64,000 nt of DNA from the human T2T-CHM13v2.0 reference genome, Homo sapiens. Every line of letters begins with the position of its first letter. Position 1 is the stretch's first letter. Under the pieces are notes generated by a model, which worked only from the letters and a program-made list of their open reading frames with translations, made no database searches and was not told where the DNA came from. The translations under genes and the position numbers were made by a program. This document shows, piece after piece, positions 31,736 to 45,721 of the stretch. The stretch lies in assembly GCF_009914755.1 (NCBI RefSeq), contig NC_060925.1, one strand, 5' to 3'.

Positions 31736-31825
31736 ATCTCACCATCCATGGCATCTCTGGCCCTCTTAGCTCAGAGCTTGATCTCACTGCCCATGGCATC
31801 TCTAGCTTTCTTAGCTCAGAGCTTG
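31736..31825. repeat. 45-bp tandem duplication in the last IGSF21 intron
   Basis: atctcac..ccatggcatctct.gc..tcttagctcagagcttg twice (31736 and 31781). Confidence 0.85.
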
Positions 31826-32316
31826 GCTGCCCTGACCTCAGAAGGGTGTGTCCAGCCTCGACCGTGGGGCTGCGTTCTGAGACTCCAGACCACTCCGTAG
31901 GGTGGTTGGGAGCATCAACGGATGTCTCAGTGCAGGCCCTTTATACTGTCCTCCCTGGGCATCCCCCAACCTGCTCTAGCCTGAGCACCACCCCAGGGGG
32001 CCCAGACGCTGCTCCCAGGCCTGCCACACCCCCTCCCTACATGGAGCCAATCTCACAGTTCACAATGGAGGCTCCCACTCTTGGTCCTCACTGCACCATC
32101 CTCATGGCCTCTAGGAAATCTGACCGTAGCCCAGCAAGCCTAGTGGTAGGGGAGGAGATCATGGACAGTTAGGTGGCCAGGTGGCAGAGCTGGGCTTCGA
32201 ACCCAGTTTGTCCTGATGCTGAAATCCAGCGTCTTTGTTGGGGACCTGGAGGCTCTGCTGTTCTGGAACGGGGTTGGGTCTGCAGGCTCTGACCCTTTCC
32301 CTGATTCCTGGCACAG

Positions 32317-32387
32317 GTTCCATTGGCCCCACTGGTGCCCGGCTCACCTTGGTGCTCGCCCTGACAGTGATTCTGGAGCTGACGTGA
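32317..32387 (+). CDS. IGSF21: IGSF21 terminal coding exon, GPI-signal-like hydrophobic C-terminus
   Basis: CAG acceptor ending 32316. (G)SIGPTGARLTLVLALTVILELT then TGA at 32385-32387. Small residues, spacer and hydrophobic tail with no cytoplasmic part. Confidence 0.94.
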
Positions 32388-32545
32388 AGGCACCCGCCCC
32401 GGCCACTCCATCAGGCACTGACATCTCCGCGACCGGTTTTCATTTCTTTTCTAAACTATTTCCAGTCTTGTTCTTAGTCTCTTTCCATCTGTGTCTTGGC
32501 TTCTTCAGTCGGTTTAATTAAAACAAACAGAACAATTTTCCCCAC
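32388..32545 (+). other. IGSF21: IGSF21 3'UTR (approximate end)
   Basis: Follows the stop codon; ends ~20 nt after ATTAAA and before a GU/U-rich tract. Confidence 0.75.
32517..32522 (+). terminator. Polyadenylation signal ATTAAA of IGSF21
   Basis: ATTAAA 130 nt after the stop, U-rich upstream, downstream ggtttgtggctctgcattctttatctgtt. Confidence 0.8.
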
Positions 32546-32769
32546 CTCGGTTTGTGGCTCTGCATTCTTTATCTGTTCAGTAGCAGCAACTGGGCCCCTC
32601 CTCCTGGCATTCAGCATTGGGACAGGCACTGAGAGGGGAATGGCAAGGGAAATGGAAGGCATGCTCTTCCCAAATGAACAGTGGACATGGAGCTCACTAT
32701 CTCACTCAAGTCCTAGCATCCAGGCGTGGAATGTGGCCAGAGACGAGAAATCCAAATTCCTCAGGGCTG

Positions 32770-33190
32770 AGTATAATAGTCAGCTATTGATACAATAATG
32801 CTGCATAACAAACCAACCCAAACCTCAGTGGCATGCAACAACAAGCACTTGTAACTATGTTCATGTTCAGGCTGAAGTGGTTCAGCTGATCTAATCTGGG
32901 CTCAGCTGGGCAGTTCTGCTTCAGGCAGCAGGTCAACTGGGCTGGACTCCAAGCTGTGGGTTGGGTTCAGGCCTCCTCCATGGGTTGGTTTGCTCCATGG
33001 GTGTTTATCTGGGGCCCACACTAAAGAAGTGACTACCTGACATTTGATCCTCTTATGGTAGACCACCAAAGCTCAAGAAGAAACTCAAACCATTCAAGTA
33101 TGTTTAAGGCCTCTGCCTGTGTCATGTCCATGAACACTCCTTTAGCCAAAGCAAGTCACATGGCCAAGGCTGACATCAGTCAAGGTCACA
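32770..33190. mobile_element. Old MLT1 (J/K/L-like) MaLR LTR
   Basis: agtcagctattgatacaataatgctgcataacaaac...ctcagtggc...tttagccaaagcaagtcacatggccaag. Confidence 0.7.
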
Positions 33191-33438
33191 TGTATGTCAG
33201 TGGTACAGGTTTCTCAGAACTTTCTACTCAAACATTACAAATTCATCACGCCATTCAGCTATTAACTCAGAGAGAAGGGCCGAGAGTCTTTGGAGAGGGG
33301 GGGGTTTGGCCTCTCTGAGCCATGGTCAAGACTTGGGATTCACCAAGAAGAGCCCATGGAAGATTGTAAGCAGTCTGGATAGGGTAGGTCCTACTGCAGT
33401 AACATATTGAGCCCAGATTCTTACTGCCTTAACACAGT

Positions 33439-33862
33439 TGATGTGGTTTGGACCTGTGTCCCCACGATATCTCATAGTGAAATGTAATCCCCAGTGTTGG
33501 AAGTGTGGCCTGGTGGGCGGTGTTAGGATCATGTGGGCAGATCCCTCATGAATGGCTTAGTGCCATCTCTTTGGTGATGAGTGAGTGAGTTCTCATGAGA
33601 TCTGGTTGTTTAAAAGTGTGTAGCACCTCCCCACTCCCAACTGACTCTCTCTCTTGCTCCTGCTTTTGCCATGTGACTTGACTGCTCCTGCTTTCCTTCT
33701 TGCCACAAGTAAAAGCTCCCTGAGTCCTCCCCAGAAGCTGAGCAGATGCTGGCAGCATGCTTCCTATACAGACTGCAGAACCATGAGATAATTAAACCTC
33801 TTTTCTTTATAAATTACCCAGTCTCAGGAATTTCTTTATAGCAATGCAAGAACAGCCTAAGC
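33439..33862. mobile_element. MST-family MaLR solo LTR
   Basis: tgatgtggtttggacctgtgtcccc...aattaaacctcttttctttataaattacccagtctcagg...ctttatagcaatgcaagaacagcctaa. Confidence 0.88.
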
Positions 33863-33998
33863 CAACAATAAAGATTTATTTTGGGCTCATGAGAAGCCCA
33901 AGTAGGTTAAACAGGCCTGTTCCATCTTGTAGCTACATCACCTGGAATACGTGGCTTCCAAAATCCCCAGGGGAGGAGAAGAGAAGGCTGGAGTATCA

Positions 33999-34482
33999 CT
34001 GTGGTAGGCAGAATAATGCCCTCTCACCAAAGATGTCCATATCCTAATCCCTAGAACGTGTAAATACATTACCTTCCATGGCAAAAGGGATTTTGCTGAT
34101 GTGATCAAGTTAAGCATCTTCAGATGCAAACATCAGCCTGGATTATCCAGGTGGGTTCAATGTAATCACAATGTCCTTATAAGAGGGAGGCAAAGAAGGT
34201 GAAAGGCAGGAGAAGGAGATGTGATGGCAGAAGCAAGAGATAGGAGTCACGCAAGGAAGGGGCCACAAGCCAAGGAATTCAGGCAGGCTCTAGAAGCCAA
34301 ATGGGGCAAGAAAACAGATTCTCCCCCTGGAGTTTCCAGAAGGAACTGGCCCTGCCAACATGTTTAGCCCCATGAGACTCATTTCAGACTTCTGACTCCA
34401 AAACTAAGAGAATAAATTTGCCATATTCTTTTAAACTTAGGTTTGTGGCAATTTGTTACAGCAGCAGTTAGGAAACTAATAT
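33999..34482. mobile_element. MLT1 (C/D-like) MaLR solo LTR
   Basis: tgtggtaggcagaataatg...aaagatgtccatatcctaatccc...aatttgttacagcagcagttaggaaactaata. Confidence 0.85.
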
Positions 34483-35039
34483 GATCACCCAGGATGTGAT
34501 TAAGGCCCAGGCCTAATAGAACATAAATCACCCCTGTCCATACCCCATTGGCCAGGAGTAGTCACATGGCCCAATCTGACTGCAAAGGAGGCTGGGAAAT
34601 GCAGCTTTCCTGTGTGCCCTGGAGAAGGAAATAGAATGATGACCCCAGAGCATTGCATCTTCCACAGAGAAGCTGGGACCCATTTAATGATTCATTTCCA
34701 TGAAATGAAATGAATGGAAATTATTCATTCATTTATTTCATCCCATGGAAATGAATGAATTCCGCCCAGGCCAGAGTGGCCAGAGGAGGGAGGACTGGGA
34801 GGAGGCTCCATCACCAGAAATGGCTCTCATCACTTCTGCTGCATGAATGCCCTGTGCTTCTTCTCCCTTTCCAACCAGCAGAGACATCACTGAGTCATCT
34901 GTGCCTCTCTCTCAGACAGTGCAAATGTCTTAAAGAATCAGGGACATCCCTACAAAAACTCCAGGTGCCAGACACACCAAGCTGAGAATTAAGCATTGGC
35001 TCTATCTCCTTGTGGTCATCATAGCCCATTTGGTCCTGG

Positions 35040-36110
35040 TCAAGTCGGGTCCTGAATGACCATTTCAATCAATTTCCACATTGACTTTCGAATTTCTGAC
35101 TCCCTAACTTTTCCTTGGAATTCCAGACTCAGATGTCCAACTTCATAATATGGTTCCCCTACCTCACTGGACATCAAATATGCATTTCCAACTTCATGTG
35201 GCCAAAACCCAATTTTTGGCTTTCCCTCCCAAAACATGCTCCTTCCCTAGCATTCCCCTTCTCTAGAAATAGTACCATCAACCCAGTTGCTTTGGTCAAA
35301 CATTTCACTGTTATCTTTCATTTATCTCTTTCTCTCATTCTTCCGCATCCAACCCAATAGCTTGTTGGCTTTCCTCTCAAAACTCATCTAGAATTTACCC
35401 ACTTTTTTCTTTCCCCACTGCCAACCTAGACAAAGCTTCCTCTTGCCTGGAAAACCACCTCAGCCTCCAATCTGGTCTTCAGATTTCCTCCCCAATCTCC
35501 AGTCCAGTCTCCCACATAGCAGCCAGTGGAATCCTTTTAAATCTGTCATGCCACAGCGACCTCCTTCTCAGAACCCTGGCTTCCCATCACACAGAAAACA
35601 AATCTGAGCCCTTTACAGGTCGACTGGATGTGGTCTGCTCTGCCTGACCCTCTAACGTGTCTCATCCCCACTCCCTCTCTCCTGTTGCTTCATTCACACT
35701 CATCTTTCCATTCACTGAATTCTTCAAGTCCGCTCCTGCTTGAGGACCTTTGTTCTACTTGTTCCTTCCACCTGGAATTCTCTTCTCCTTTGCAGGGCTG
35801 GCTCCTCCATGCAATTGGATGGCAGCTTAACTCCCACTCAGAGAGACCTACCTGACCACCACACCCCTCTCCATCGTGCCACCCTCGATTTAATTCTCTG
35901 CAAGGCATGCATTATTACCCTATGCTTTTTCTACTTACTTGTTTATTTATTGGCAGTCTTTCCCTACCCTGAGCCAGAACGTCAGCCCCATGAGCACAGG
36001 GACCAGGTCTGTATTGTGCACTGCTGTATCCTCACACTTAGACCAGAGCCTGGCACATGGCTCAATAACAAATTATTGAGTGAGTGAATGAATGATGAAT
36101 GAATGAATCA
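35040..36110. mobile_element. L2 LINE 3' portion
   Basis: ccacatagcagccagtggaatccttttaaa...agagcctggcacatggctcaataacaaattattgagtgagtgaatgaatg tail. Confidence 0.8.
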
Positions 36111-38959
36111 GTACCTCCCAAGGACCTACTATGAGCCAAGCACTGTGCTGGTCACCAGGCTGCAGAGATGAGCAAGAAAACTTCAAGGAGCTCACAGTCC
36201 TGGGTTGGGAAAGCATCTATCCAGCTAAACAATGGAAGTCAAACTGTGATGTGCACTTGGCACCAGGACCTGCTCAGGACGCTGAAGCATCAATGTGAGA
36301 GGGATTAGTCAGAGGAGGCCAGTGAGAACAGTAATAAATATTTGTATGCCTGTATTTTGCAAGCTGATAACAAGACAGAAGTAGATGATTTTCAGTTGCT
36401 GAAGGCTCTCAGATAATCATCAGTGTACAAACACCCAGGCCTGATCAGCAGGCAACAACAACAGAGTACCCCCTGCCTCCTCCGTCTACTTCCTTCTTCC
36501 CCAAAGCCCTGCTCTGTCTCATGGGAACCACCTGGCCCCTCACTGTCTGCTAGCAATTCTACATAAGCCTCTGCTGCACACTACCTTTGCCTGTTTTCTG
36601 GAGGAAATTTTAAAAAAAAGAAAGATGTGTTCCGGCTCTTTTTCTTAACAGAGGGAAGCCCATGTAGGCATGAAATTGGAATTGCCTTGCTCCATTCATA
36701 GCATGGTCATTGGGCTCCACTGACCCCTGAGGGGCATTAATATCTCAGCAGCAAGTGGATGAACCACGCAAAGTGGCAGGGGACACGCCCGAAGAGAGCC
36801 AGCTGGGAGGCCTAAGGCTAAAGGGTTGGGGCGGCTGCCTGCTTTGGGCTTTGAATTTGAGGACTTTGAGCCCTGAGCAGGCTGAGATGGTGGCTTATTC
36901 AACCTGAAATTGAGAAGTGGGAGGACAGCGATGGGCAAAACAGAGCCCAGCCTGAAAGGGGAGATGGATGCTCATTTATTCATCCACACGCTCATTCACT
37001 CATTGGACAAACCCTGAGCATCACCCGGGCCAGGCTCTATGCCAGGCAGGAGAAGCACAAAGACAAGCAAGCCAGGCCTTGCCCTTAAAGAGCTCCCATC
37101 CATCAGGAATGACAGACCTGGGGGAGAGAGCACTGCAATTCCATGTGATAAATATCAGAATAAAAGTATGAAGAGGATGCAATGGGGCACAGAAAGGGTG
37201 AAAGGCTGTTCTGCCCAAGGACATCAGGGCAGGCTTCTAGGAAATGGTGACATTGCAGCTAGGCCTTGAAGGATAAGAGGGAGCATCAAAGTCAACTCTG
37301 CCACCAACGCAATTTGGCCCCAGGTTAGTTCAGGTGCCTCAGCTATCTCTCAGACACCAGCCCAAATGCTGCAGGTCACTAGGAGGGACAAGGCCCCAAG
37401 TTCTGGTTAGGTTTGCATTGTCACCTGAGAAGACCTCATCTTTAAAAAAATAGACTGGCCAAACACATGGCCGCTGGGCCTGGCCAGACCACCAAGTTCC
37501 CCATTCCTTGGAAACTCCACCTCAGCCCATGGCTCTTCCCAGTCATGAGTCCTGGTCACCACCCACCATCTGCAGATTCCCCCAGGGGTACTCTGGCTGT
37601 GCAGAGGCCCCCTGGGCTGGTCAGCTGCCTCTTGGGATGGCCCAAGGTGCCCACTGATCCCTGCTGGCTGTAGGTGTGCCCGGCTGGCCGGGTAGATGCA
37701 GAGACACCTGCTGGGTCTCAAGGGGGCCACTGTCACCAACACCCACCACATCAGCCCAGGACTCAGCCCCCGCCTCCTGGGCAATCAGCCCTCAGAGTTG
37801 GGCTCATCAGCAAGAAGTGCCCACAGCTGGTAGTTAGCAGTCTTGTGTGTGGTGGCTCTAAGATGGGCCCATCTTTTATCTGGCCTGGGCTCTTCAAGTG
37901 TGAACACCTGGGGTCCTCCCCATCACTCTGGACACAGGAAGTCGGGGAAGCCATGCCCCTCATCCTATTGCTGCCCCTTCCAGGAGGAAGGCTGCCCCTT
38001 CCAGGGAGGAGGGCTGGCGCTGGCTCTATGGTGGTCCATTTGGCCAGGAGCCTGTGAGAGAATCAGAGTCTGTGGTCGCCGTCTTCTCCACAGCATTGGG
38101 GCACTGTGCTTCTGGGGCCCAACAGCCCCCACCCCAATGGAAGTCACATGCTCCTCTGGCCCTCTCGCCTCCGCAGACTGGAGACCTTTATCCCTCTTGC
38201 TTATACCCTGGCCAGGGCTCTTGGCCAAGCAGGAGAGGATCTGGAGGCCCCGTCCCTGACAGGTGACTGTGACCCAGCAGCCAGCTTCATCTTGGGCCAT
38301 GGTTACCTTGTCTGCAGGGAGACGCAGGGCAGTGAACTGTGGCTCCCATCCAAGAGGCACTGGCTGCCCTCACAAGACAGTGATGCAGGGTTTTCAGATT
38401 TACTGTCCTGACCTCAGAAAAGCTGTAGGTTTTATTAAAGGCACAAGTGTACACAGAGCTGAGAAAACAAAAACAAGACCCCCTGGGCTCTACTCTTGCC
38501 CACGGGAGCCAGCAGCCCCAGAAAGACCCCCAAACGTGGACTTGCACATTTCTGGGGCAGAGGCAGGGATGAGGGTGGGCCAGGGTCAGGGGCTGACTCC
38601 CTTCAGAAGCACTGCAGTGCCTATGAAAATGAAAGCAAGAGGCAGGGAGAAGGAAAATCAGAGGGAGAGGAGGGGAAGGAGGAGCCTGGAAAGAGAGGGA
38701 AAGGGAGTGGGAGGGGAGCTGAGAAAGGGGAGGTGGGGAGAGGCCAGGGAGCAGAGGGAGAGAGGAGAAGAGGGGGCAGCCAGCAGCGGGAGGCTCAGAG
38801 ATCCAGGGAGATGGAAGGCTCCTCCAAGGATGAGGAGATGGGATGGAAGGGGCAGAGAAGGGGACTCACTTGGGGGAGGGGTTCTGAAAGAGAGCAAAAA
38901 GAGGCAAAAATCAGCAATGAATGAGGCAAAGAGAAAATTGGAGAAGTAGGAAGTGAACA

Positions 38960-39420
38960 AAAACGAGGCAGAGATAGAGAGACAGAGACAGAGGGGGACA
39001 GAGTACAGAGGACATAAAGAGATAGAGGGGGACAGAGACAGAGACACACACAGAGAGAGACACACAGAGACAAAGAGGGACAGAGAGAGACACAGAGACA
39101 TAGACACAAAAAGACAGAGGGGGACAGAGTACAGAGGACATAAAGAGATAGGGACAGAGACAGAGACACACACAGAGAGGTACACAGAGACAGGCACCCA
39201 GAGACAGAGTGACAGAGAGAGACAGAGGACATACAGAGAGAGAGAGACAGAGTACAGAGACACAGAGACAGAGAGGGACAGCGTACAGAGGACATACAGA
39301 GACAGAGGGACAGAGAAAGAGAAACACACAAAGAGAGACATAGAGACAGAGACAGAGACAGAGAAAGACAGAGTGCAGAGAGAAACAGAGAAGAGGGGAG
39401 GAGAGGACAGAGAGAGAGAG
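38960..39420. repeat. (GAGACA)n-type low-complexity repeat with higher-order duplication
   Basis: gacagagggggacagagtacagaggacataaagagatag occurs twice ~128 bp apart within AG/AC repeats. Confidence 0.9.
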
Positions 39421-40409
39421 GGTTGGGAGAGCAAGCCTGGAAGCAGAGATAAAGGCAGTGAGACACAGAGAGACAGTAAGGAGAAAGAGACTGGCCCTGG
39501 AGCCCAGCCGGGGAGGTGGAGCTGCAGACCAGGCCAGAGCGGGGAAGTTTTCCAAAAAGCATTTAAGCTGCTGCATCAGTGATGACACCCTTGGCCTCCT
39601 CCGGGGAATGACAGTCCTGAGTGGTGGGTGGAAGGAAATAGACGTGCAAAATGCATGCATTTTTTCAAATGGGGCGGCAGGCTTAAATGTCAGCAGGCAC
39701 AGTGGAGCCCTGGCCGCCAGCTGCACCCGACCTTGGGGCTGAGTTTCCATAGCCGCTTCCCCTGCGTCACCACTGCTCCTCCCCCTCTTCCCTCCCATCC
39801 TATCCCAGCAGCTGCCAGCTCATGAGGGGCCCTTGTAGTCCCCAACCCTGGCCCCCATACTCTCCTGCCTCTTACTCCACTGGGCCTGGAGTTCTCAGAG
39901 CCACAGACAAAAGGTCCTCGGAGGAATCTTTCTCTAAACTGCTTCTCCTTTCCAACTTCCCAAATTTGACCTCCTCCAGGGACCATCCTTTTCTGACCAC
40001 AGGAAAAGCCCTTCCTTAAATCCTTTAAAGCCTAGGCTTAGGGGATTGGGCTCCTGCTTTAAGAGGAGCATGGCAGAGCGATCAAGCACAGGGACCCAGC
40101 CTGCGTCTGAAGTCACTGTCAGCTCTGTCACTCACTATTTCCATGGCTTCGGCACTTTACTAACTTCTCTGTGCCTCTACTTCCTCTTCTGAAAATGGGG
40201 ACGCCGAGGTCCATGGCGTTCACCTCGGAGAATTAAATAAATGAAGATGTGGAACATCCTTAGAACAGTGCCTGGCACATGGTAAGTGTTCAGTAAGTAT
40301 TAGCTATTGTCATCAATATCATGCAATAGGGAGCAGTGGGTGAAAGCCTCAGAGTCACAGAAGATGCTTGGAAGTAAAGTGGAACAAGAGAGTTCCAGAC
40401 TCTGCCTAC

Positions 40410-40562
40410 TCAGTGCACAGTCCCAGGACCGGCAGCAGCTGCATCTCCTGGGAGCTTGATAGAAATGCAGGATCTTAGGCCCCACCCGGGACCTGCAGAA
40501 ACAGAATCTACCTTTTCACAAGGTCCCAGGCCATTTGTGTGCCCAGTCAAGTTGGAGAAGTC
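40410..40562. mobile_element. MER5A-like DNA transposon
   Basis: ggaccggcagcagctgcatctcctgggagcttgatagaaatgcaggatcttaggccccacc...agaatct...aagttggagaag. Confidence 0.8.
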
Positions 40563-40803
40563 TGCTCCTGGCCTAGGTGAGCCCAGTTAGAAGCTTACTT
40601 AGGTAGTTAGAGTGAGACACTATCAAGGTCAGTCATGGCTGGACAGGGAGGGCCCTAGGGTGCACCAGCCCTGACCTGTCTGCCGCACGCTGTGCTGGGT
40701 GCTTTATCCTGCAGAATGACCCTGCTTCCCACTCTTCAAAGGAGGGGGTAAAGCTTAGAGAGGCTAAGTGACTCTCCCAGGCACAGATGCCCCGTGTGTG
40801 TCA

Positions 40804-41483
<680 letters not shown>

Positions 41484-42164
41484 CTAACTGCCTGTAAGAA
41501 CAGATGCTCCATACCCTGCAGATGAGCAAGTGGAGGCTCCCAGAGGGGAGTCATTTGCTTAAGTCCACACAGCTTACAGCACAGTGCTGTGATCAGAGCC
41601 TCCCATACGCCCGGACGAAGAACTCACACTGTTTTCCGCTTCACCAAACACACATAATCTGGTGCTTGAAGTGGCTGAGGGTCTTAGTTAGGGTTCCTCC
41701 TAAGGTAGACCCTGAGATAGGGATTTGGGTGCAAATGGTTCATTTGGGAGGAGATCCAGGAAGAACAGTGACACAGGCAAATGGGGTAGGGAAAGGAAGA
41801 AAGCTCATACAGGGTGTGCCTGACCTGGGCAATTGGGGCTTTATCCCAAGGGACCCTGAGATTTTGCATTGCATGCATCTCAGACTGTCCCCACTAAGGA
41901 GCAAGGAAGCTGGAAGCACTGTCACCAATTGCTGGAGCATTAAATCCACTACCTGCAGCCAACCAACCAGAGAAAGTCCCTGGTAGAGAGCCATAGCATG
42001 GTAAACTGCAGGAGACCCGTGGTGGGCTTTGAGGATGGAGGTGGGGCAGGGATAGTATCTGCTAGACTGAGCCTTTTAGCTTCCCAGGGCACCCATTGCC
42101 CCCTTTGAAATCCCAAGGTAAGAGAGAGAAAGATCTTGAGGTAGAGGGATGCGGCTGCCCAAAG

Positions 42165-42490
42165 ACTGGCACCATGGTCTGAAATTCATGTTGAAATTCT
42201 AACCCTTGAGGTGATGGGATTAGGAGGTGGGACCCTTGGGAGGTGATTAGATCATGGAGGCAGAGCTATCATGAATGGGATTAGTGCCCTTATAAAAGAG
42301 GTCCCAGAGAGGTCCTTTTCCCCTTCTACCACGTGAGGTTACATTGAAAAGACATCTAGGAAGTGGACCCTCACCAGACACTCAATCTGCTATTCCCGTG
42401 ATTTTGGACTTTCCAGCCTCCAAAACCGTGAGAAATAGATTTCTGCTGTCACTCAGTTTGTGGTATTTTGTTATAGCAGCCTGAACAGAA
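42165..42490. mobile_element. MLT1A-like MaLR LTR
   Basis: aattcatgttgaaattctaaccc...atgaatgggattagtgcccttataaaagagg...gtattttgttatagcagcctgaacag. Confidence 0.82.
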
Positions 42491-44624
42491 CTGCTGTGCA
42501 GGAAGAGAAGTGAAGACGGAGACCACCCAGCGAGCACAATGCTCAAAGGCCCAATGGATCCACTCCTGACCCTGGAGGTGACCCCAAGCCAAGCCCTGGG
42601 GATGCTCTTAGAGCTTCCTCTCCCAGCACAGGCAGCTGACTTCACCCATCTGGGAATGGTCTTCATTTTGATGAAGAGGCAGTCAGGGCTGAAAGGTGGT
42701 GTGTGGGCAGGAGGCGTCTGCTGGAGCCCGGTGGCAGTGCAGCTGCAGAGCCGCAGAGGACGGCTCTCAAATCTATCCAGCGACAGTGAGACCCAGGGCT
42801 TTGAAAGACTTTGGGGGTCAAACTGCAACTTTGCCACGTTCCCAATGTGGGATCTTGGGCAGCTTGCTTAACCTTTTGGAACCCAGTTTTCCCACTACAA
42901 AATGGGGATATTTACACACATATAAGAATTTACATAAGTAACAATGTTCATAAATTTAGGAATTCATCATTTACCAGATATTCTCTATGTGCCAGGCACT
43001 GTGCTAAGCACCTTGCATGAATCATTTTGTTTGATCTTTATAATAACCTTTCAATAGAGGAAGCATTATCTCTATTTTACAAATAAAGAAACAGAGGCTC
43101 AGAGAGGTTTTGTAACTTGTCCCCGATCACACAGCAAGTAAGTCCTGGAGCTGGGATCTGCACTTGGCTTAATGCACCAGGTAATTTTGCCTCCAGAGGT
43201 GAGAAGCCCAGCACAGGGTCAGGCTTAGGCCAGGCACTCAGTAAATGTTGGTTCCCTTTCCTCCTTTCTCCCTGGAAGCTCCCCGAAGGCAGATGGTTCT
43301 TTTAAATATTCTGATGATCTTGAGCTAGTCAGTTCAAGAGGCAGCACCATGAAGTGTTTAAAGAGCTCTAGAGCCAAACTCCCCTGGATTCAAATCCTTG
43401 GTTAGCGATTGACTAGCTGTATGACTTCAGGCCACTTACATAACCTCTCTGTGCTCACGTGACCCATCTGTCTAAATAATGAGGATCACAATCATGCCCA
43501 TCATGCCCATTAAGGCTGTTATGAGAGCTGATGAGACAGTGCATATAAAATACTTAGAAACGTGTCTGCATATACTATGTGCTCAACAAATGTTCCCTGT
43601 CATTATTACGCACTTGGCACCAGGTGTCGACAGTAATCTCCATCTTTGATACTAGATAAAAGGGATCTCGTGGGGCTGGCTGCTCTTCCCCCAAAGTCAT
43701 TCTGTGCCCCCAAATCATCCCATTATAAAGGGAAGGGAATGGAGGAAGAGGAAAAGAACAAAGGAGAGAGAAACTCACACGTACTAACTCAGATTCTTCA
43801 CAAGGTTATTTCCCTGGGTCCACCCAACAACCATATAAGAAGGTATTATTGTACTCAATAAATGAAACAAGAAGTGACCCCAAGGGGAATAAAGGACATG
43901 CCTAGAATTACACAGCTGGTAAGTGGGGAGCACAGGTGAGAATCCCATCCTTTTTAAGCACATCTCCTGCCTTCAACTAATGATGCTCTCTGCACACGGC
44001 CACCTCACCACCGACCCTCTGGGAAGTCAAGCCTTAAGCTCCTGCCAGCAGGGAAGGAGGGCAGGCAGAGAGGCACACTCTCCTATGGCCAATGGCAGCT
44101 TTAGGAGGACAGAGAGCCACTTGACAGAAAAAGGAGAGAACCTTCTCCGTGGATGCCCAGGGCAGGCCTGCTTGGTATATTCCCAGACCATCTGTCTACT
44201 ATGTAGGGTCCACACCTTCACCCGAATACCAGAGAGGAGGCATCTTCTTTCCACCTAAAGTAGAAAGGCCTGGTGAGTCTCAACGCATGTTACAGCTGGG
44301 AAAACAGAGGCCCTGAGCATCTTGCCTGGGGTTGTACCTGGGTTATACCCAGGGTTGCCCAGGCTTAGTGGCAAAGTAAGGGCAGGATGCCAGGCTGGCT
44401 GACCCCCACTCCTTTTTCTGGAATTACATTCTGCTGTCTGCCCAGTAAAGAAAATAGTAATGTAACCAGTGGGTCCCTCTTTAGGTCTTTTGGAGGGTGG
44501 AAGGGAAGAATTCCAGAGAAACCCAGGCTGGGAGGGAGGGGCTGCTGTAACCACAGCAGGCCTCCCCCAGGGAGAGGGACCGTGTCCCAAGTAGGGGTTG
44601 AGTTCTGAGCCTGGTGGCCCCTCC

Positions 44625-44643
44625 TGCTGCCACCTCCTGGAGA
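44625..44643 (-). promoter_or_regulatory. Candidate CTCF site
   Basis: Minus strand reads TCTCCAGGAGGTGGCAGCA, close to the CCASYAGRKGGCRS core. Motif match only. Confidence 0.5.
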
Positions 44644-45721
44644 GGGGAATCTTCTACCAGAGAATGTAGCCCACCCTCCAAGACACAGCCCTGACTGTGC
44701 CACATGCACCACCATGACCAGGCTCCGGCGTTCTGAACCCTGTTCTGGGTTCTAACAACTTTAAGGGCTTTAGTCTGGGGCTCTGGTTTAGCCTCTGAAG
44801 AGCCCAGGTTTTAAATAATAACTTTACCTTGCTGTGAAACTGCTTCCACCTTGTTCTTTTCCTCTAAAATATATATGTGTGTGATTGTGTGTGTGGGGGG
44901 GGGGGGGGGGCACCCGCGTGTTGAGGTTGTTCCTGGGGGACTATTAACTAAGAATAATTTATCCAAGAAATTTGTTATGTTAGAATTACCAATTAGATAT
45001 GATTATAACTTACCCTGGCTAACACTGCACTACTGTTGGAAATCTGAATCCCATTAAAATCTAATTAGCATATATTAAGTCGAAGGCGGTTTTACTGCAG
45101 TGGGCCAGCAGGTTTGAGCTGCGACAGGCCGGGCACGTGGACTCACTGCCCACTTCAGCATGCTGGCCAATGGCCCACAGTGCCCAGGTGGGTGCCAGGC
45201 AGCCTATGGGCAGCTTTTCTCCTCCTAAGCTGAGACCAGACGGCCCATGCTCACAGAAAGGGGCAGCTCCAGATGTGGACATGATGTTCGAGGTTCCGCC
45301 TTTAGATGAGTGGCCAGCATCCACGGAAAGCCTTCTTTGCCATGTGGCTAAGCCAACCAAGGCGCTCTGGGGTCAGTGCTCTGGGCTAAGAGGATGAGGG
45401 TGGTTTTGGCAACCCCTGGGAGCCAGTCAGCTTGGTGGCTGAATGCTAGCATCACGGAATATACCCTTCCCTGGGCTTACGGGTATGGGGGTGCTTCTGC
45501 AAGGGTGTAACTGCTATATCTTCATCTCTGGAAAAGCGCCTGGTATAATAATAGCAAACAGTTGCTTAGCACGTACAATGGGCTAAGGGTTTTATTTTCA
45601 TATTCTCAACCTCGCAAAAATTCCAAGGAAAAAGTACTAGGATTAGGCCCATTTTATGCACGTTGAACCTGAGGCTTAAAGAGGTTAAGGAACTTGCTCC
45701 CGGTCTACAACCAAGGAGTAG

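Noticed and set aside
31531-32172. 213-aa ORF in the last IGSF21 intron
   Set aside because: Non-ATG start, GC-rich, spans a tandem duplication, no recognisable domain.
32385-32390. Stop-codon readthrough of IGSF21
   Set aside because: Context is TGA-AGG, not the leaky TGA-CTA(G) motif.
38263-39798. Several 200-295 aa ORFs on both strands
   Set aside because: Produced by stop-poor GA/GACA low-complexity repeats; translations are compositionally biased.
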